This document shows, piece after piece, positions 53,337-63,589 of a stretch of 64,000 bases of DNA. This DNA comes from Deltaproteobacteria bacterium. Lineage in GTDB: Bacteria > Desulfobacterota > Binatia > Binatales > Binataceae. The notes below the pieces were generated by a model. The model saw only the letters and a program-made list of their open reading frames with translations. It was not told the DNA's origin and made no database searches. The stretch spans positions 8,633 through 72,632 of the forward strand of contig JAKBMB010000021.1 in the NCBI GenBank assembly GCA_021831785.1, read 5' to 3'. The translations under genes and the position numbers were made by a program. The stretch's first letter is position 1. The number at the start of each line of letters is the position of its first letter.

Positions 53337-53939
53337 ATGGACGAGGTGAATTTAGGTCCAACCGTCAGTATGCAGGCGGCTTTGCGACACGGGCCTTATT
53401 CGACCGAAGTGTTTGAGGCGGTTCTCAGCGTTAACACGCGCCACGGGCTCGAATTTATCGACTTGACCGGCCATATAAACGCCTGTTTGCTCGAACACCG
53501 CGTGCGCACCGGCCAGGTGGTCGTTTTTTCTCTCCACACTACGGCGGCAATTAAGATCAACGAGGCCGAGGATTTGCTGCTGGAGGATTTCAAGCGTTTG
53601 TTGCTTCGGCTCTGTCCACCGGACCGCAACTACGCTCATAATGATCTTCGCCGGCGCAAGCCGCCGATCGCGCCTGACGAGCGTGCCAACGGCCATTCCC
53701 ATTGCATGCACCTTCTTTTGCCCACCAGCGAAACGATTCCCGTGAGCGACGGTCGTCTCGCGCTGGGCACCTGGCAGCGTGTGTTCTTGGTCGAGCTGGA
53801 CGGTCCGCGCCAGCGTCAGATAAGCTTGCGTCTCATCAGTTATAAACTTGCCGGCCATGGCGAGGGGCCCAAGCCGATTCAGCTCAATGGTCAACGGCCC
53901 CTTTCGAGCAACAACGGCTTTGGCGAGCGTAGCGCGTAA
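53337..53939 (+). CDS. YjbQ/UPF0047 family protein, second copy, with a C-terminal extension
   Basis: LEFIDLTGHINACL...GQVVVFSLHTTAAIKINEAED...NGHSHCMHLLLPTSETIPVSDGRLALGTWQRVFLVELDGPRQR. Confidence 0.8.
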   Translation: MDEVNLGPTVSMQAALRHGPYSTEVFEAVLSVNTRHGLEFIDLTGHINACLLEHRVRTGQVVVFSLHTTAAIKINEAEDLLLEDFKRLLLRLCPPDRNYAHNDLRRRKPPIAPDERANGHSHCMHLLLPTSETIPVSDGRLALGTWQRVFLVELDGPRQRQISLRLISYKLAGHGEGPKPIQLNGQRPLSSNNGFGERSA

Positions 53940-54218
53940 AGACGCTAGCTTCTAGCTTCACACCCGGCTGACACGCTAAGGGGCAGCAGCATCAAGCACC
54001 TAATCTTCCACCTCCCGTGAAAAGAGCCTGCTTTTGTACCGGCGTGCTCCGGGTTGGGTCCCGTCGCAGCGCGGCCGATGTCCCCTCGTAAGAAGCGGCG
54101 AAGGCGCCGGGGTGGGCCGGATGAAGGCTGATTCCTGCCGGTATTCCAGCGGCGCTAGATTTAGTGCACAATGACGGAATAAAATTTGCGGATGGGTTAC
54201 AAGAGAAACTTGCCTGTC

Positions 54219-55484
54219 ATGAATGGATGTTCGGATCGTCGAGTCGTCGTCACCGGCATGGGTCTGGTGACGCCTTTGGGCACCGGCCTTGAGCGAAATT
54301 GGGAAGCCCTGATGGCTGGCCGGTCCGGCCTCGGCCGCATCACGCGGTTCGACGTCACCGGATTCCCGGTTCAGATAGCGGGCGAGGTCCGCGACTTCAA
54401 CCCGGAGGACTGGATTGACAAGCGCGACATCAAAAAGATGGACCTGTTCATCCAGTATGCAGTCGCCTCCGCCGAACAGGCGATGAGGCAGTCCGGGTTC
54501 AAGATTACCGAGGACAATGCGGAGCAGGTGGGCGTCATCATCGGAGTCGGGATCGGCGGCCTGTGCACGATCGAGGAATGCCATAAAATGTTCCTACGCG
54601 AGGGCGGCCGCCGCGTGAGCCCTTTTTTCATCCCGCGGCTGATTGGCAATCTGGCGCCCGGGCAGATCGGAATTCGATACGGAGCCAAGGGAATAAATCT
54701 TACTACCACCAGCGCGTGCGCCTCCGGCAGCCATGCCATCGGCGAGGCCTACCGGATGATCCGCATGGGCTATCTTGACGCGGTCATCACGGGGGGCGCC
54801 GAGGCGGCGCTGACGCCGCTCGGCTTGTGCGGCTTTGCCTCGATGCGAGCGCTCTCCGAGCGCAACGACGATCCCGAGCACGCCAGTCGGCCGTTCGAGC
54901 GCGATCGCGACGGGTTCGTGATGGCGGAAGGCGCCGGCGCGCTGGTGCTCGAGGAGTGCGAAAGCGCGATCGCGCGAGGCGCGAACATTCTGGCCGAGCT
55001 GATTGGGTATGGCTCCAACGCCGACGCCTACCATATCACTGCGCCCTCTCCCGACGGCGAAGGGGCTGCTCGATGCATGCGCATGTGCCTGGAAGACGGC
55101 GGCGTCGACCCCGATGAGGTCGACTATATCAACGCTCATGCCACTTCGACCCCTCAGGGAGACCTTGCGGAAACCATGGCGATCAAAACCGTTTTCGGCG
55201 AGCGGGCGCCGCAAATCCCGATTAGCTCGACCAAGTCGATGACCGGCCACACCCTGGGCGCCGCCGGCGCAGTGGAGTCGGTCTACACCTTAATGGCGAT
55301 CAAACGCGCAATGATTCCACCGACCATTAACTATTACAACCTGGACCCACGATGCGACCTCGACTATGTGCCGAATACCCCTCGTCCGGGCAAAATTCGC
55401 GTGGCGCTGAACAACTCGTTCGGCTTTGGTGGAACCAACACCACGCTGGCCTTTCGCGCCTTTGAACCGCTGACCGCGAACTGA
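54219..55484 (+). CDS. fabF: beta-ketoacyl-ACP synthase II
   Basis: RRVVVTGMGLVTPLG, active-site TTSACASGSHAIGEA, INAHATSTP.GD and KSMTGHTLGAAG. Confidence 0.92.
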   Translation: MNGCSDRRVVVTGMGLVTPLGTGLERNWEALMAGRSGLGRITRFDVTGFPVQIAGEVRDFNPEDWIDKRDIKKMDLFIQYAVASAEQAMRQSGFKITEDNAEQVGVIIGVGIGGLCTIEECHKMFLREGGRRVSPFFIPRLIGNLAPGQIGIRYGAKGINLTTTSACASGSHAIGEAYRMIRMGYLDAVITGGAEAALTPLGLCGFASMRALSERNDDPEHASRPFERDRDGFVMAEGAGALVLEECESAIARGANILAELIGYGSNADAYHITAPSPDGEGAARCMRMCLEDGGVDPDEVDYINAHATSTPQGDLAETMAIKTVFGERAPQIPISSTKSMTGHTLGAAGAVESVYTLMAIKRAMIPPTINYYNLDPRCDLDYVPNTPRPGKIRVALNNSFGFGGTNTTLAFRAFEPLTAN

Positions 55485-55497
55485 GGCGAAAGCTCGA

Positions 55498-56475
55498 ATG
55501 GGTTCACGAATCGTCAGCACTGGGCGCGCGGTTCCCCCGACGTGTATCTCCAACCGCGACCTCGAACGCCGCCTGGACACCTCGCATGAGTGGATTTGCT
55601 CACGAACCGGAATTATACGGCGCCATGTCCTGCGCGACGGCGAATCATTGGTCGATTTCGCGGCCGAAGCGAGCCGGCAAGCTTTGCAGCGCGCCGGCAT
55701 GGAAGCCGGCGACCTTGACGCTATCGTAGCCGGCACGGTTTCTTCCGAGTACGCCTTTCCTTCCTTCGCATGCCAAGTGCAGCGGGCGCTTGGCGCTCCG
55801 ACCGTCCCGGCATTGGACGTTGCTGCCGCCTGCTCCGGATTTGTTTACGCCTTGGCGGTAGCCGACGGCATTATGCGCGCCGGCGACTGGAGGCGTGCGT
55901 TGGTGGTCGGAGCGGATGCGCTGTCGACCATGGTCAATTGGCGCGACCGGTCGACCGCGGTTTTGTTCGGCGACGGCGCCGGAGCGGTGGTGATGGTCTC
56001 GGAACCGGGGCCGCGCGGGGTGCTTAAGAGCATTTTGCGCTCATCGGGCGAAATGTGGGATTTGCTCTCCGTGCGCGCTACCGGCCAGCGGGGCGCGATC
56101 GACGCTGCAAGCGTTCGCGACCCGCGCGACGCGATACAGATGCGCGGACCCGAGCTGTTCAGAATCGCCGTCAAAAGCATGGAGGACGTTACCCGCGAGG
56201 TCGCCGAAGGCGCCGGTGTAAGCTTAAACGATATCTCGCTGGTCGTCCCGCACCAGGCAAACTTGCGGATTATCAACGCGATGATGGAGCGCCTGGGCAT
56301 AGACCAGGAAAAAGTCTTCACCAATATCGACCGCTACGGTAATACGTCCGCCGCCTCCGTCCCGATCGCTCTGGACGAAGCCGTGGAAGCTAACCGGCTG
56401 CAGAGCAACGACCTCGTGCTAATCAACGCCTGCGGCGGCGGATTGACTTGGGGCGCCAACCTGGTCCGTTGGTAG
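55498..56475 (+). CDS. fabH: beta-ketoacyl-ACP synthase III
   Basis: SNRDLERRLDTSHEWICSRTGIIRRH, AAACSGFVYAL, VPHQANLRII, GNTSAASVPIALDEA and GGGLTWGA. Confidence 0.92.
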   Translation: MGSRIVSTGRAVPPTCISNRDLERRLDTSHEWICSRTGIIRRHVLRDGESLVDFAAEASRQALQRAGMEAGDLDAIVAGTVSSEYAFPSFACQVQRALGAPTVPALDVAAACSGFVYALAVADGIMRAGDWRRALVVGADALSTMVNWRDRSTAVLFGDGAGAVVMVSEPGPRGVLKSILRSSGEMWDLLSVRATGQRGAIDAASVRDPRDAIQMRGPELFRIAVKSMEDVTREVAEGAGVSLNDISLVVPHQANLRIINAMMERLGIDQEKVFTNIDRYGNTSAASVPIALDEAVEANRLQSNDLVLINACGGGLTWGANLVRW

Positions 56476-56709
56476 CTTGCCCCGGCGGGCAGGCGGTCGC
56501 GTCTCGCGCGGCAAGCCGGAGATGGTTGCAAGAGCGAACCGGCTGCGCCTTCAGCGCTAGGCCGTGAGGCGGCGGCGCGGCGGTAATCCGATTATCCTAA
56601 GCGCGATCGGTCGAGCGCGCCCCCGCGGTCCGCAGCCGTTAGGCGAGGGCCGCGCCGGACCCGGCGACCCCGCAGTCGGCCGCACCGCGCCGGGATTGAG
56701 CGGGCAACA

Positions 56710-57723
56710 ATGCCGCAAAACAACCGAGCACCGTCCGACGGGTTGCCTTCGCCTTCCGCGATAGTCGCGGGCTTGCTCGCACACCGCCTAATTATCGTCG
56801 TCGGCAAGGGCGGCGTGGGCAAGACCACGTTGAGCGCGGCGCTCGCGCTTCGCGCCGCTGAAAACGGCCTAGACACGGTCGCGGCCGAAACCGACAGACG
56901 GGCGCCGTTGGCAGCGCTATTCGGTCGCGGGCCGTCCCTCGGGCCGCTTGAAGTCAACCGACGGCTGGCAGTTGTGGTTCTGGACGGCCGGCGCGCGCTC
57001 GAAGAGTATTTGCGTCTGACGCTTCCGTTCGGTTCGCTCCTGGACGCTATCTTTTCGACCAAGCTTTATGAGCATTTCGTCGCCGCCGCCCCGGGTTTAC
57101 GCGAACTGATGATGCTCGGCAAGGTCTACTACGGAATGGAACGTTGTCCGCAGGACGAGCGCTGGGAGACCGCAGTGCTTGACGCGCCTTCGACCGGCCA
57201 AGCGCTGGGTCTCCTGCGCATGCCGTTTAGCGCTCGCCAGACGTTTTCCGGCGGGGTAGTCGGGCGTGAGGCCGAAAATATCGGCCGCCTCTTACAAGAC
57301 CCGCGCTCCACGTGCGCGGCGTTGGTCTCCACGCCCGACCATCTGTCGGTCAAGGAAACGCTGGACAACGCGGCGGCGCTCAAGAGCCTGGGTGTTAAAA
57401 TCGGCGCCGTCATTCTCAACCGCTTTAGACCGGCCACATTTAATGCCGGCGACCTGAGGCAGTTGATGCTGCGCGCCTCACGCAGCCGTCGGTTGCGCTA
57501 CCCCGAGCACATTTCCAGACTTGCGCTGGCGGAGATCCAGCGAGCCGCGCAGTCGTCCCACGCGCTCAATTCGCTGGTAAACCGCATCAACGCTCCGGTC
57601 CTCGTGATCCAGGTTTACGACCGACTGCACGGCTTTGCTCTGGTGAAACATCTTTGCGCAAGCTTTGACCCCGATGCCTTGGAGCAAGAAGTGTTCGCGG
57701 ACACGCAAGCCCCTCGCGCTTGA
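56710..57723 (+). CDS. ArsA/GET3-family P-loop ATPase (single domain)
   Basis: Deviant Walker A LIIVVGKGGVGKTTLSAALA and the later DAPSTGQALGLL (cf. the ArsA motif D.AP.GH.L.LL). Confidence 0.75.
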   Translation: MPQNNRAPSDGLPSPSAIVAGLLAHRLIIVVGKGGVGKTTLSAALALRAAENGLDTVAAETDRRAPLAALFGRGPSLGPLEVNRRLAVVVLDGRRALEEYLRLTLPFGSLLDAIFSTKLYEHFVAAAPGLRELMMLGKVYYGMERCPQDERWETAVLDAPSTGQALGLLRMPFSARQTFSGGVVGREAENIGRLLQDPRSTCAALVSTPDHLSVKETLDNAAALKSLGVKIGAVILNRFRPATFNAGDLRQLMLRASRSRRLRYPEHISRLALAEIQRAAQSSHALNSLVNRINAPVLVIQVYDRLHGFALVKHLCASFDPDALEQEVFADTQAPRA

Positions 57724-58056
57724 GCGGAAAGCCTCGCTTGCCGGCCAAGGAGCCGGTTTTGTAGCGTGGCGACGTGGGGGTCAGCCTTTCGAGCGCTGGC
57801 GTACAGAGCGCTCTCCGGCTCACTCGGCGGCGCGACATCGGGTCGGAATGCCGGTCAGCACAATATGCTTTCGCGGCGCGCTCAAATAAGGGAGACCCCA
57901 ACCCTGCCGCGGGACGGAGAGCTTCGGTCTCGACGTTCTCTCCAGCAACGCCGTCGGCTTCAGCAAAGTGGTTGACTGAAAAGTACTGATGCAGGGAAAC
58001 GGCAGGCGTCACGGCCGCTTGATAAAATTGCCACCGCACGGCGAGGGCTTCAAGAA

Positions 58057-58449
58057 ATGGTAATGCTAGACGGTATCGATCACGTCGTTTTAACCGTCAA
58101 CGACATCGACGCAACCTGCGCCTTTTATAAGACGGTCCTCGGCATGGAAGAGATAACCTTTGGCCAGGGACGCAAAGCCCTTCGCTTCGGTGCGCAAAAA
58201 ATCAACCTTCATCAGAGGGGCAAAGAATTCGAGCCGAAAGCGCTCAGGCCAATGCCCGGAGCAATTGATGTCTGCTTCGTCACTTCGACGCCCCTGGAAG
58301 AGGTGCTGCGCCACTTAGCCGAGCATCAGGTGAAGATCGAGCAGGGGCCGGTTGAACGCGACGGAGCCACGGCAAAGCTCAGATCGGTCTATATTCGAGA
58401 CCCGGACGGAAACTTACTCGAAATCAGTAACGAGCTGCCGCGCCGTTGA
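58057..58449 (+). CDS. VOC (glyoxalase/bleomycin-resistance/dioxygenase) family protein
   Basis: IDHVVLTVNDIDATCAFYKTVLGME...VYIRDPDGNLLEISN. Confidence 0.85.
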   Translation: MVMLDGIDHVVLTVNDIDATCAFYKTVLGMEEITFGQGRKALRFGAQKINLHQRGKEFEPKALRPMPGAIDVCFVTSTPLEEVLRHLAEHQVKIEQGPVERDGATAKLRSVYIRDPDGNLLEISNELPRR

Positions 58450-58605
58450 GCGCCGCTCGCTCCCGGCCATTGAAGCTTTTGACTGCCGACACCCTGCCAC
58501 CGTGGCAAATCGCGATGAGCAAAGCCGCGACGACCGCCGGCGACGGTCCAAGCAAGAAGATCAGGTCTGAATCAAGACGGCCGCCGAGCACGCGTGGACA
58601 GGTTT

Positions 58606-59442
58606 TTAGCGTCCTGCCTGGTGAATCTCATCGACAAACTGCTCAACCGCGTGCGCCAAGTGCTCGGGTTGTTCCAGAAGAACGTGATGGTGAGCTTGTG
58701 GAGTTTCGACCAGCCGGGCAAGCGGATTCGCCTCCAGCGCAAGGGCGCAAGCCGGCTTGGTCATGACGGAGCTGAGCGCGCCGCGCACTAACAAGAGCGG
58801 ACGTTTAACCAGGCCGATAGCGTCGAGCACGTTTAGGCCGTCGCCGCCGAAAAAGCTTTCGCGGTCAAATTTCATCGAGTAAAGTCCGTCGCCGGTAATG
58901 CCCAGGCTTTTTTCAGCTATGAACGCCAGGCGCTCGTGCGGGATATCGCCCTGATGGGGTATCAGGCGAAATCTTTGCTTGGCGGTGATAAGGTTGGGGT
59001 AGTTTACCGTCGGCAGGCTCCTAAGCCGACGCACGAAGCGGCCGCGCCTTTCGCTCGATACGATCGCCACATCGACCACCGCCACCCCCGCCGCAAGCTG
59101 CGGGTATTTGCAGGCGAAGGCGATTGTAACGAGTCCCCCCATACTGTGCCCAACAATCACCGGCGCACGCAGACCCAAGTCGAGGATAAGCCGGCGCACG
59201 TCCTGCGCGTAGTCGGCGGGCTGGTAGGCCGGCGGGCGCACCCATCCGCTGTCGCCATGGCCGCGCAGATCAATCGCGACGAGACGCATGCCAACGCCGA
59301 CCGCGTCAGCGAACGGATACCACCACCAGGCATTAGCCGCATTACCGTGAAGCAGCACGACTTCGCGCTCGGCCCCTTCGTTCCATTCGAGGTAATGCAA
59401 CTGCGGATTACCTTGCGAAATTCGGCTTTTCGGCGCCTTCAT
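58606..59442 (-). CDS. alpha/beta-fold hydrolase
   Basis: VVLLHGNAANAWWW, nucleophile elbow VGHSMGG, and a C-terminal His region. Confidence 0.85.
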   Translation of the reverse strand: MKAPKSRISQGNPQLHYLEWNEGAEREVVLLHGNAANAWWWYPFADAVGVGMRLVAIDLRGHGDSGWVRPPAYQPADYAQDVRRLILDLGLRAPVIVGHSMGGLVTIAFACKYPQLAAGVAVVDVAIVSSERRGRFVRRLRSLPTVNYPNLITAKQRFRLIPHQGDIPHERLAFIAEKSLGITGDGLYSMKFDRESFFGGDGLNVLDAIGLVKRPLLLVRGALSSVMTKPACALALEANPLARLVETPQAHHHVLLEQPEHLAHAVEQFVDEIHQAGR

Positions 59443-59634
59443 CTAGGGACACCACGTACGACAGTTACCGCGACGGCCCGACTGCGGACGACGCCCCGGC
59501 CCTGCCCATGCGCACCTGACAGGCACCCGAGCGTGCCGTCAGATAGAGGCAACACTCGTAAGCTTCGCCGATCGTACTTTGCCATGGCCATTTTTTGTGC
59601 CACGATTTCATCTGACTCTTGATTCGTACTTTTC

Positions 59635-60195
59635 ATGTCACGTCGATCTTCACTAATCGTCCTAGGCTTGGCTGCGGCCGCCGTGCTGATGCCTTGCTTC
59701 ACACTCCATGCGCAGGACGCTAATGAAGGCAAGGCGCGCGCCCTGATTGATTCGGCGATTCAAATGACCGACAGCGATCAAGCGGTTAAACTTCTGTGGC
59801 AGGCAACGGACATCGACCCCCGCCTAACAGATTCGTATCTTTATCTAGGGCTTTACTATAATTCGCGGGAGAATTTTCCCAAGGTGGTAGAGGTCTACCA
59901 AAAGTTGCTCAAGTACCGTCCCAAAGAGGTGAGCGCCTGCCTGAACATCGGAGAAGCGTACATGTCTTTCAATACGCCCCGGTATGACGACGCGCTCAAT
60001 TACTTCCGCAAGGCCTATTCGATTGACCCGAGCTCCGCGCTCGCCGCGCTGCGAATCGGCGAAATTTTGGCGCACGAAGGGCAGCGCGACGACGCCATCC
60101 GCTTCCTCACTCAAGCCGTGAATGGCGCCAAGAGCAAAGACCCATCGGTCGCGGCCGAAGCGCAAAAGGTTCTTGCAGAAATAGCCTCCCACTAG
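59635..60195 (+). CDS. secreted tetratricopeptide (TPR) repeat protein
   Basis: Signal peptide LIVLGLAAAAVLMPCFTLHA, then several TPR-like units (YLYLGLYYNSRENFPKVVEVYQKLLKYRP; LNIGEAYMSF...ALNYFRKAYSIDP). Confidence 0.8.
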   Translation: MSRRSSLIVLGLAAAAVLMPCFTLHAQDANEGKARALIDSAIQMTDSDQAVKLLWQATDIDPRLTDSYLYLGLYYNSRENFPKVVEVYQKLLKYRPKEVSACLNIGEAYMSFNTPRYDDALNYFRKAYSIDPSSALAALRIGEILAHEGQRDDAIRFLTQAVNGAKSKDPSVAAEAQKVLAEIASH

Positions 60196-60359
60196 CAGTG
60201 TCCTGCTCATGCAGCGCCGCACAATTAAGCAGCAATCCACGCGCCATCTTGTAATTATGCGCTACGGGCACAACGGTTCGCGCCGCGGCGCGCCCGGCCT
60301 CGGCTCTCGGCGCCGCGGATCGTGCTGATACCCGCGGCCGGTCGCCGGCGCGCGGTCAA

Positions 60360-60998
60360 TCAACTCTGCCGCTGCTTGGGGCTGCGTGTTGCGGGCGCTG
60401 CCGGCGGCACACCCAGACCCGCTCGGGTGAGATCGTCGGGGAAGTCGAGGTCGGTGGTCACGCCGCGATCGTCGATCTCCACGTAGGCTACCCGCTCGGC
60501 ATCCTTGCGTACCACGGCCCGCGCGCCCAGCGTGTCCGGCGCGTCCAATAGCTCGCGAAACATGGAGCGATCGAAGATAACCGGATGGCCCCGTTGGCCC
60601 TGGTAACGGGCGACAACGATCTTCTTGCTTCCCGCCGCGTAGGCCTCAAGCAAAGCCGCGACTGTTTGCCGCCGGATAAGCGGCTGGTCGGCCAGATGGA
60701 CGAGGATCGCGTCCGCGCGAGGATCGACGGCTGCAACGGCGGCCTTCAGAGAACTGAGCTGACCCATCGCGTAATTGGGATTTTCGATTATCGTAAGCCG
60801 CGGACTCTCAGGAATTGCCGGCTTTATTCGCTGGGCGTGTGCGCCGACCACAACCAGCACTCGCGGCAACTCGGCAAGCAGGGTGTCGCATAGATGGGCG
60901 ATAAACGTCTTGCCGTCGATCAGCAACAACGGCTTGGGAAATCCCATCCGGCGCGACTCGCCGGCGGCGAGCAGCACCCCCTCAACGTAAGCGCCCAT
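60360..60998 (-). CDS. MobA/MocA-like nucleotidyltransferase (molybdenum cofactor cytidylyl/guanylyl-transferase family)
   Basis: GVLLAAGESRRMGFPKPLLLIDGKTFI N-terminal motif. Size ~210 aa. Adjacent to xdhC. Confidence 0.75.
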   Translation of the reverse strand: MGAYVEGVLLAAGESRRMGFPKPLLLIDGKTFIAHLCDTLLAELPRVLVVVGAHAQRIKPAIPESPRLTIIENPNYAMGQLSSLKAAVAAVDPRADAILVHLADQPLIRRQTVAALLEAYAAGSKKIVVARYQGQRGHPVIFDRSMFRELLDAPDTLGARAVVRKDAERVAYVEIDDRGVTTDLDFPDDLTRAGLGVPPAAPATRSPKQRQS

Positions 60999-61054
60999 GC
61001 GCGCGATTGGCCGTAAAGTCCCTCCGGCGTCAAGTCGACGCCGGGACGGATTGA

Positions 61055-62224
61055 TTAAGCGGCGGCGCTGGGCTTGCGCGACGGCTTAAGGCGGCCGAGC
61101 TTCATGCCCAGCGACAGTTCGTCGCTAACGCCCAGCCGACGCGCGCGGATAATCTCCGCCATTATCGCCACCGCTATCTCCTCGGGAGTCTCGGCACCGA
61201 TGTCGAGCCCGATCGGCGCGTGCACACAAGCCAGCGTTTCTTTGTCCACCCCGTCGGCTTCAATCCGGTCAAGGGTGGCCTTGACGCGCCGGCGCGAACC
61301 GATCATGCCGACGTATCGTGGACGCTGCTTGAGCGTCGCCCGCAGCGACGATTCGTCAAAGGCATGCCCTCGCGTCACCACGACCACGTACGAATACCTA
61401 TCAAGCGTGAGCGAGCTGATCGCCGCGGCGAACGGCCTGACGATTATCGCGTGCGCTTGCGGAAAACGCTCTCGGTTGGCGAACGAAGCGCGGTCGTCAA
61501 TTACGGTGACGCCAAAGCCGACCATCGCGCCCATCGCGCATAGCGGCTGAGCAATGTGACCCGCGCCGACGATAACGAGTTGCTGCGTCCCGGCCAGCGG
61601 GTCGAGAAACAGACAGGCCAAGTCGCCGCGCCCGACCCGCGCGACCGACCTGAGCTTGCCTGACGGCTCCAGCTCGAGCAGCCCCGGCGAAACCTCGAAG
61701 GCCCGCTGCGCCAACTGTTCCAGTTCGTTCTGTGCCAGCGGGACGGGCAATCCTTCGCCGCTCAACCGGTTGAGCCTGAGCACCGCTTTGGCGCCGGCCG
61801 CTTGTTCTGACCGGCCCGGCCCCTGAATCAGCGTCAGCAGCGCGGCCGGTTCGCCGCGTTGCGCTGCGTTGGCCAACTCGGCAGCGACGTTCGAATCCTG
61901 CTGCGGCTTCCAGAGGTCGACGAACACGTCCATGACCCCGCCACAGGTTCCGATCTCTTCTTGTTCGAAGTCCCCGGTGAGGTCAACCTGGTCAAGCCTC
62001 GGGCCACCCCCATGCTCGAGCAGCAAGCGCGCCTTGCGAAAGATCTCCGCCTCTCCGCAGCCTCCGCCAATCGTCCCCACCTGTCCGTCGTCCCGCACCA
62101 GCATCTTGGCGCCGATTTCACGCGGCGTCGAGCCGCGCACGTTAACCACGGTGGCCAGCACAAAAGCTTGACCCGACTCAAGCGTGCTCACCGCCTCGGA
62201 CCAAATTTTCTCCGCTGACGCCAT
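61055..62224 (-). CDS. XdhC/CoxI family molybdoenzyme maturation factor
   Basis: FVLATVVNVRGSTPREIGAKMLVRDDGQVGTIGGGCGE, and the Rossmann part LVIVGAGHIAQPL. Confidence 0.85.
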   Translation of the reverse strand: MASAEKIWSEAVSTLESGQAFVLATVVNVRGSTPREIGAKMLVRDDGQVGTIGGGCGEAEIFRKARLLLEHGGGPRLDQVDLTGDFEQEEIGTCGGVMDVFVDLWKPQQDSNVAAELANAAQRGEPAALLTLIQGPGRSEQAAGAKAVLRLNRLSGEGLPVPLAQNELEQLAQRAFEVSPGLLELEPSGKLRSVARVGRGDLACLFLDPLAGTQQLVIVGAGHIAQPLCAMGAMVGFGVTVIDDRASFANRERFPQAHAIIVRPFAAAISSLTLDRYSYVVVVTRGHAFDESSLRATLKQRPRYVGMIGSRRRVKATLDRIEADGVDKETLACVHAPIGLDIGAETPEEIAVAIMAEIIRARRLGVSDELSLGMKLGRLKPSRKPSAAA

Positions 62225-62432
62225 TTCTAAATTCCATCACTTAGTTTAGCAGCAATCGCCAGCCGCGGCATCGCCCGCGTGCGCTAGGCTTTGTCGTGCC
62301 GCCCTCGGCGCGAAGCTTCCGCAGATTCGGCAGGGCTCGCGGCTGCTCGAACGCCGGAACGGAGCAACGCGGAGTTGGCCATGAATCAGCAAAGGTCGGC
62401 TCGCGGCTTGCGCCGGCGCAGCTTGCCATTTC

Positions 62433-63239
62433 TCAAGCCAAGCCCTTTTCTTGCCGCTCCAGCATCTCAAGGAGTTCCTGATAATGCTTGGGCATGGTGA
62501 CGGTGCCGCGCATCGCCACGGGCACCGGATAGCGCACGCCGCCCTTTTGCGTTCCTTCGAGCCCGCCCAGGATCTCATCAACTTTTTCCCAGGGAAATGC
62601 AAAGACCATCTCGGTATCCTGAGCCATTCCGAAGACGCGGTCTCCATTGCACGGCAGGATTACTTTGGGCTCCCCGGCGGTCATGGTCTGGATGACGATC
62701 TCCGCGCAGTCGAGGCGGCCGCCGGTGGTGCTCTCGACTCGCCCGCCGCGCTTGTATAAAGCGGCGTTCACCAGCCGCATCACCTGAGCGCTGTTGCCGT
62801 ATACCGCCACGACATGCGGCGTAAAAGTGGCGCGCGACAGCGGCGCGATACAGACGTAGGCGTACCGGCCGGGTTCGAACTTCCAGGTGCTCGCTTCGAG
62901 GGTCGTCGCGGCATCTTCGTTCTCGCAATACATGCCGACGGCGGCAAACCCCTTGAGATAGGCCTCGTTGGGCTTGCGGAAGCCGAACGCGATTGCAGAT
63001 AGCGGGCAGATCACGTCGTCCTTTCCCACTGCCACCGCCCACCCATAGCGGCGCGCCACGCCGATCGATTGGCATACAATCCACTGCTCGCCATAGTTCT
63101 TGCTCGGAATCTTTACCCCTTCGGGCAACTCCTCGCCGGGCTTCAGCATTCGAATGCCGAGCGGAAACGTGTCCGGCCGCACGTAACGGCTGATTGCCGA
63201 GTCGAGCTCTTTGACCTTGGACCCATCGGGCTCACCCAT
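62433..63239 (-). CDS. DUF169-like protein (uncertain family call)
   Basis: 268-aa ORF with good coding character. RPDTFPLGIRMLKPGE...CQSIGVARRYGW...CPLSAIAFGF resembles DUF169/COG2043 as I remember it. Confidence 0.5.
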   Translation of the reverse strand: MGEPDGSKVKELDSAISRYVRPDTFPLGIRMLKPGEELPEGVKIPSKNYGEQWIVCQSIGVARRYGWAVAVGKDDVICPLSAIAFGFRKPNEAYLKGFAAVGMYCENEDAATTLEASTWKFEPGRYAYVCIAPLSRATFTPHVVAVYGNSAQVMRLVNAALYKRGGRVESTTGGRLDCAEIVIQTMTAGEPKVILPCNGDRVFGMAQDTEMVFAFPWEKVDEILGGLEGTQKGGVRYPVPVAMRGTVTMPKHYQELLEMLERQEKGLA

Positions 63240-63589
63240 GTCTGGCCTCCTGCTAAGACGCCGTCCGTCGGCGCATCCGATCTCTCGTTAAGCCCATAAG
63301 AATGGCGAGAACACCGCCTCAGACGTTTCTAGCACAGTCTGGGTACGGTTCGAAGCCGGCGTTTTTGTGTCGGGCAGACCGCAGCTAAGCCGCGACCCAT
63401 CAAATGCTGGGGCCCGTTCAACGCTTCGGACGGGCTGGCGGCGAAGATTTCAGTAAAATCAAGAAAGTTATGCCTACCCGGCTGCACCGTTATCGGTTGG
63501 ACTTGATACGCACCCCGGTTGCGAAACGGGCGTTGGACTACGCTGCGGCGAAGCCTCGCATCACCCTCGCGAAAAACATTCGCGCGGGG

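Noticed and set aside
54000-55250. Minus-strand ORFs 54000..54584 and 54594..55250
   Set aside because: They are antisense to, or overlap, fabF, which has the canonical KAS II motifs.
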